DNA from: Armatimonadota bacterium
GTDB lineage: Bacteria; Armatimonadota; Armatimonadia; Armatimonadales; Armatimonadaceae
Direction of reading: 5' to 3'
Length of the DNA: 10,598 nt
Assembly (NCBI GenBank): GCA_043754515.1
Contig: JAYUUO010000185.1
Location: 1-10,598, forward strand
This document shows, one piece after another, positions 8,250-10,598 of this stretch (positions are counted from its first letter, which is position 1; each line of letters begins with the position of its first letter). A program made the position numbers and the translations under genes. The notes below the pieces were generated by a model, which made no database searches, was not told the DNA's origin, and worked only from the letters and a program-made list of their open reading frames with translations.

Positions 8250-9341
8250 ATGCGTTTTTCGCAAGGTGTGCCTCATTTCGTGTGCGCGGTGTGCGCCCTC
8301 GGGACGGCACTTGTCTCATCTATCGCGCCCGCCAGCGCGTGCGGCGTGGAGCGTTGGTCGGTAAAAACCGGCACCGACGCCGACCGCAACCGGATCAATT
8401 TCAGCTCCGCGACCCCCGTCACCATCGCGCAGTTGCGGAACTACCCGAGCCAGTCCAGCCCGCCGTCTAACAACCGCATCGCGCCCTATGAGACCACGCT
8501 GGTCACCGTGGACGCGATCCTGACCCAGTACAAATCCGAGAGCGATCAGGATTACCACCTGGTGATTCAGGACAGCGCGGGCCGCACCGTGATCGCGGAG
8601 ATCCCGGCACCGTCCTGCTGCGGCTCCGGTAGCGTATTCGCGTCCGGCGTCGCGAACACCCGCGCCGAGTTCGACGCGGCGTATTCCGTGAGCGGCTCGT
8701 TCAAGACCACCAGCGTCCCAGTCCGCATCGTCGGCGTTCCCATGTACGACTTCGCGCACGGCCAAACGGGCGCGTCGCCGAACCAGATTGAAATCCACTC
8801 GGTGCTCGACATCCAGTTCAACCCGACCGGTGGCGGCAGTGGTGGTACAGGCGGCGGTGGCGGAACGGCTACGCAGCTACTCGGCAATCCGGGCTTCGAG
8901 AACGGCACGACCACGGCCCCGTGGAGTGATGCGGGCGGTGCTGTTAGCAATAGCACGTCGGAACCCGCGCACTCCAGTTCGTGGAACGCCTGGCTGGACG
9001 GTTACGGGGCCATGCATTCCGACACGGTCTCCCAATCAGTGACGATCCCGAGCAGCGCGACGCAGGTGAGTCTGAGTTTCTACCTGCACATTGACACGGC
9101 GGAGACCACGAAGACCTCGATCTACGACACGCTGAAAGTGCAGGTGCTGGGGCAGAGCGGGAACGTGCTCGCGACTCTCGGCTCGTTCTCGAACCTGAAC
9201 GCGGCCAGCGGCTACTCCCTGAAGCAGTACGACCTGAGCAGCTACATCGGCCAGACCATCACGGTTAACCTGGTCGGGTCGGAGGACAGCACGCTCCAGA
9301 CGTCGTTCGTGGTGGACGACTTCGCGCTGAACGTGAAGTAG
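8250..9341 (+). CDS. Secreted two-domain protein: CGVERWSVKTGTD OB-fold-like domain, Gly linker and C-terminal jelly-roll/CBM-like domain
   Basis: Strong RBS and a ~30-aa signal peptide ending APASA|C. N-domain motifs ERWSVKT, DQDYH, AEIP, HGQTG, IEIH. Linker GGGSGGTGGGGG. The C-domain QLLGNPGFENG...AWLDGYG...SQSVTIP...LHIDTAE...TSFVVDD resembles accessory domains of secreted actinobacterial peptidases. 363 aa. Confidence 0.88.
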   Translation: MRFSQGVPHFVCAVCALGTALVSSIAPASACGVERWSVKTGTDADRNRINFSSATPVTIAQLRNYPSQSSPPSNNRIAPYETTLVTVDAILTQYKSESDQDYHLVIQDSAGRTVIAEIPAPSCCGSGSVFASGVANTRAEFDAAYSVSGSFKTTSVPVRIVGVPMYDFAHGQTGASPNQIEIHSVLDIQFNPTGGGSGGTGGGGGTATQLLGNPGFENGTTTAPWSDAGGAVSNSTSEPAHSSSWNAWLDGYGAMHSDTVSQSVTIPSSATQVSLSFYLHIDTAETTKTSIYDTLKVQVLGQSGNVLATLGSFSNLNAASGYSLKQYDLSSYIGQTITVNLVGSEDSTLQTSFVVDDFALNVK

Positions 9342-9363
9342 CGCGGCTGACGACCTGTGCGTG

Positions 9364-9401
9364 GGGGGGCGTCTAGTGCGGTACCGCACTAGACGACCCC
9401 C
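9364..9401. terminator. Strong inverted repeat between convergent genes; probable bidirectional terminator or stability hairpin
   Basis: Perfect 26-bp palindrome CGTCTAGTGCGGTACCGCACTAGACG (9370-9395), extended by GGGGG/CCCCC after one mismatch. No U-tract on either strand. Confidence 0.65.
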
Positions 9402-9404
9402 GGG

Positions 9405-9827
9405 TCACTTCGTTGCTTTAGCGAGGCTGAACTGCACCGGCCCGAGGTCGAACGTCAGCGTTTTCTTGTCGTCCGAAAGCCGGCCTATTATCGGCTCATC
9501 CGGTGCCGGGGACGCGGTTTTCGTCGCCGGGTCACTCATCCCGCTCAGCAGAATCCGGTCGCCGTCCGCCTTCCAGGTGATCGTGCTCTCCGGCGCGGCC
9601 ATGACCTTCAGATAGCCGGTGCCGTCACTTTTGAGAGTGAGTTTCGCGGACGGGTCACCACCCATCATCGCGGTCATGCCGGTGGCGAGGGCACCAACCA
9701 TACCGCCTTGCGGTGAAGCGGTCATTTTGCCGGACCAGTCCCCGACCGCGGGCGACGGTACTAATGCACAACCGGCGAGCAGAACGACACAGGTAAGACA
9801 GGCGAGAACGGTGGAGTGGCGTGGCAT
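9405..9827 (-). CDS. Small putative lipoprotein (140 aa), lipocalin-like beta-rich
   Basis: ATG 9827 after SD-like GAAGGG. Signal MPRHSTVLACLTCVVLLAG|C with lipobox LAGC. Pattern VGDWSG...LTLKSDGTG...TWKADGDRILL...LTF. Confidence 0.82.
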   Translation of the reverse strand: MPRHSTVLACLTCVVLLAGCALVPSPAVGDWSGKMTASPQGGMVGALATGMTAMMGGDPSAKLTLKSDGTGYLKVMAAPESTITWKADGDRILLSGMSDPATKTASPAPDEPIIGRLSDDKKTLTFDLGPVQFSLAKATK

Positions 9828-9907
9828 AGGTAAAGTTCCCCTTCGCTTATTCCGACACACCGCGAGCGGGTTCGGTTGCGCCCGCCTTCCGCGCCCGCGC
9901 GTTTCCG

Positions 9908-9928
9908 CCCGGACCCGCGCCCGTTCCC
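9908..9928 (-). other. Canonical G-quadruplex motif (minus strand) / i-motif (plus strand)
   Basis: Minus strand reads GGGAACGGGCGCGGGTCCGGG = G3N3G3N3G3N3G3, with extra GGG tracts at 9894-9896 and 9881-9883. Confidence 0.55.
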
Positions 9929-9937
9929 AAATCGGCG

Positions 9938-9943
9938 TATAAT
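9938..9943 (+). promoter_or_regulatory. Consensus -10 box for a probably leaderless ruvC transcript
   Basis: TATAAT followed by 6 nt and then the GTG start at 9950; no SD present. Confidence 0.7.
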
Positions 9944-9949
9944 CAGAGC

Positions 9950-10462
9950 GTGATTGTACTCGGCCTGGATCCCGGAACCGCGACCACCGGCTTCGGCGTG
10001 GTGCGCTACGAAGAAGGAAAGCTATACCCGCTCGACTCGGGCGTGCTACTCACGCGCCCGGACATGACGATGCCGTCCCGGCTCCTTTCGATCTACAACG
10101 ATGTCAACACGCTGATCGAGAAGTACCAGCCCGACACGGCGGCGACGGAGCGGCTTTTCTTCAACACGAATGTCACCAACGCGCTTTCGGTCGGTCGCGC
10201 CATCGGGGTAATGCTACTTGCCATCGAGCAACACGGCCTGCCATGGGCAGAGTACACTCCCATGCAGGTCAAGCAGGCGGTGACGGGCTACGGCGGCGCG
10301 GACAAGAATCAGGTGCAGATGCAGGTAACACGGCTACTGAGTCTGAAGGAAGTACCCAAGCCGGACGACGCCGCGGACGGTCTCGCGGTCGCCATCTGCC
10401 ACGCCCACTCATATAAACTCGGCGCGATCCAGTTCTACTCGCGGCGCGGCGCGCGGCGTTAG
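9950..10462 (+). CDS. ruvC: Crossover junction endodeoxyribonuclease RuvC (Holliday junction resolvase)
   Basis: LGLDPGTATTGFGVV, ATERLFF, YTPMQVKQAVTGYGGADK and PDDAADGLAVAICH; all four catalytic acidic residues are present. 170 aa. Confidence 0.98.
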   Translation: MIVLGLDPGTATTGFGVVRYEEGKLYPLDSGVLLTRPDMTMPSRLLSIYNDVNTLIEKYQPDTAATERLFFNTNVTNALSVGRAIGVMLLAIEQHGLPWAEYTPMQVKQAVTGYGGADKNQVQMQVTRLLSLKEVPKPDDAADGLAVAICHAHSYKLGAIQFYSRRGARR

Positions 10463-10538
10463 GCGCGGCGCGAATGCATGAGACAGGCGTACACGGCCTA
10501 CTAAACCCCGTGCGTACCCCTTCCTCGGCGCGTCACAG

Positions 10539-10598
10539 ATGACTAGCGACAACTCTTCGGAGCTATTTCCCACATCACCGCGAGACGGGATAAACGTT
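10539..10598 (+). CDS. Possible 5' end of a downstream gene (MTSDNSSELFPTSPRDGINV...), truncated by the window edge
   Basis: ATG at 10539, open for 20 codons to the window end; no clear RBS and no recognisable family. Confidence 0.25.
   Translation, partial: MTSDNSSELFPTSPRDGINV

Noticed and set aside
9950..10462. RuvC fold as a possible TnpB/IscB/Cas nuclease
   Set aside because: Size and motifs match the housekeeping resolvase; no Zn finger, transposon ends or CRISPR repeats.

Overview
GC-rich bacterial chromosomal window, tentatively Armatimonadota-like (judged from the style of the large secreted protein; not verified). The left half is a run of minus-strand genes, in transcription order: MscS-family mechanosensitive channel overlapping a VanX/DdpX-type (M15D) D-Ala-D-Ala dipeptidase, a conserved His-rich 'RQGE...KPH...HPDH' protein of unknown function, a single-domain AAA+ ATPase with a BCS1-like 'LEDMD' Walker B, and a lower-GC hypothetical gene split by a frameshift. 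Diverging from mscS, behind three TTAAC(A/C) repeats at an exact 11-bp period (Pho-box/OmpR-like), is a ~976-aa secreted protein (STN-like domains plus a GHL10/DUF187-like barrel) broken into three ORFs by two frameshifts. It is followed by a secreted OB-fold-like/beta-sandwich protein, a perfect 26-bp palindrome, a convergent small lipoprotein, and ruvC, which looks leaderless and has a canonical G-quadruplex/i-motif over its -35 region. No RNA genes, CRISPR arrays or mobile elements were recognised. All family assignments come from motif recognition, not database searches.
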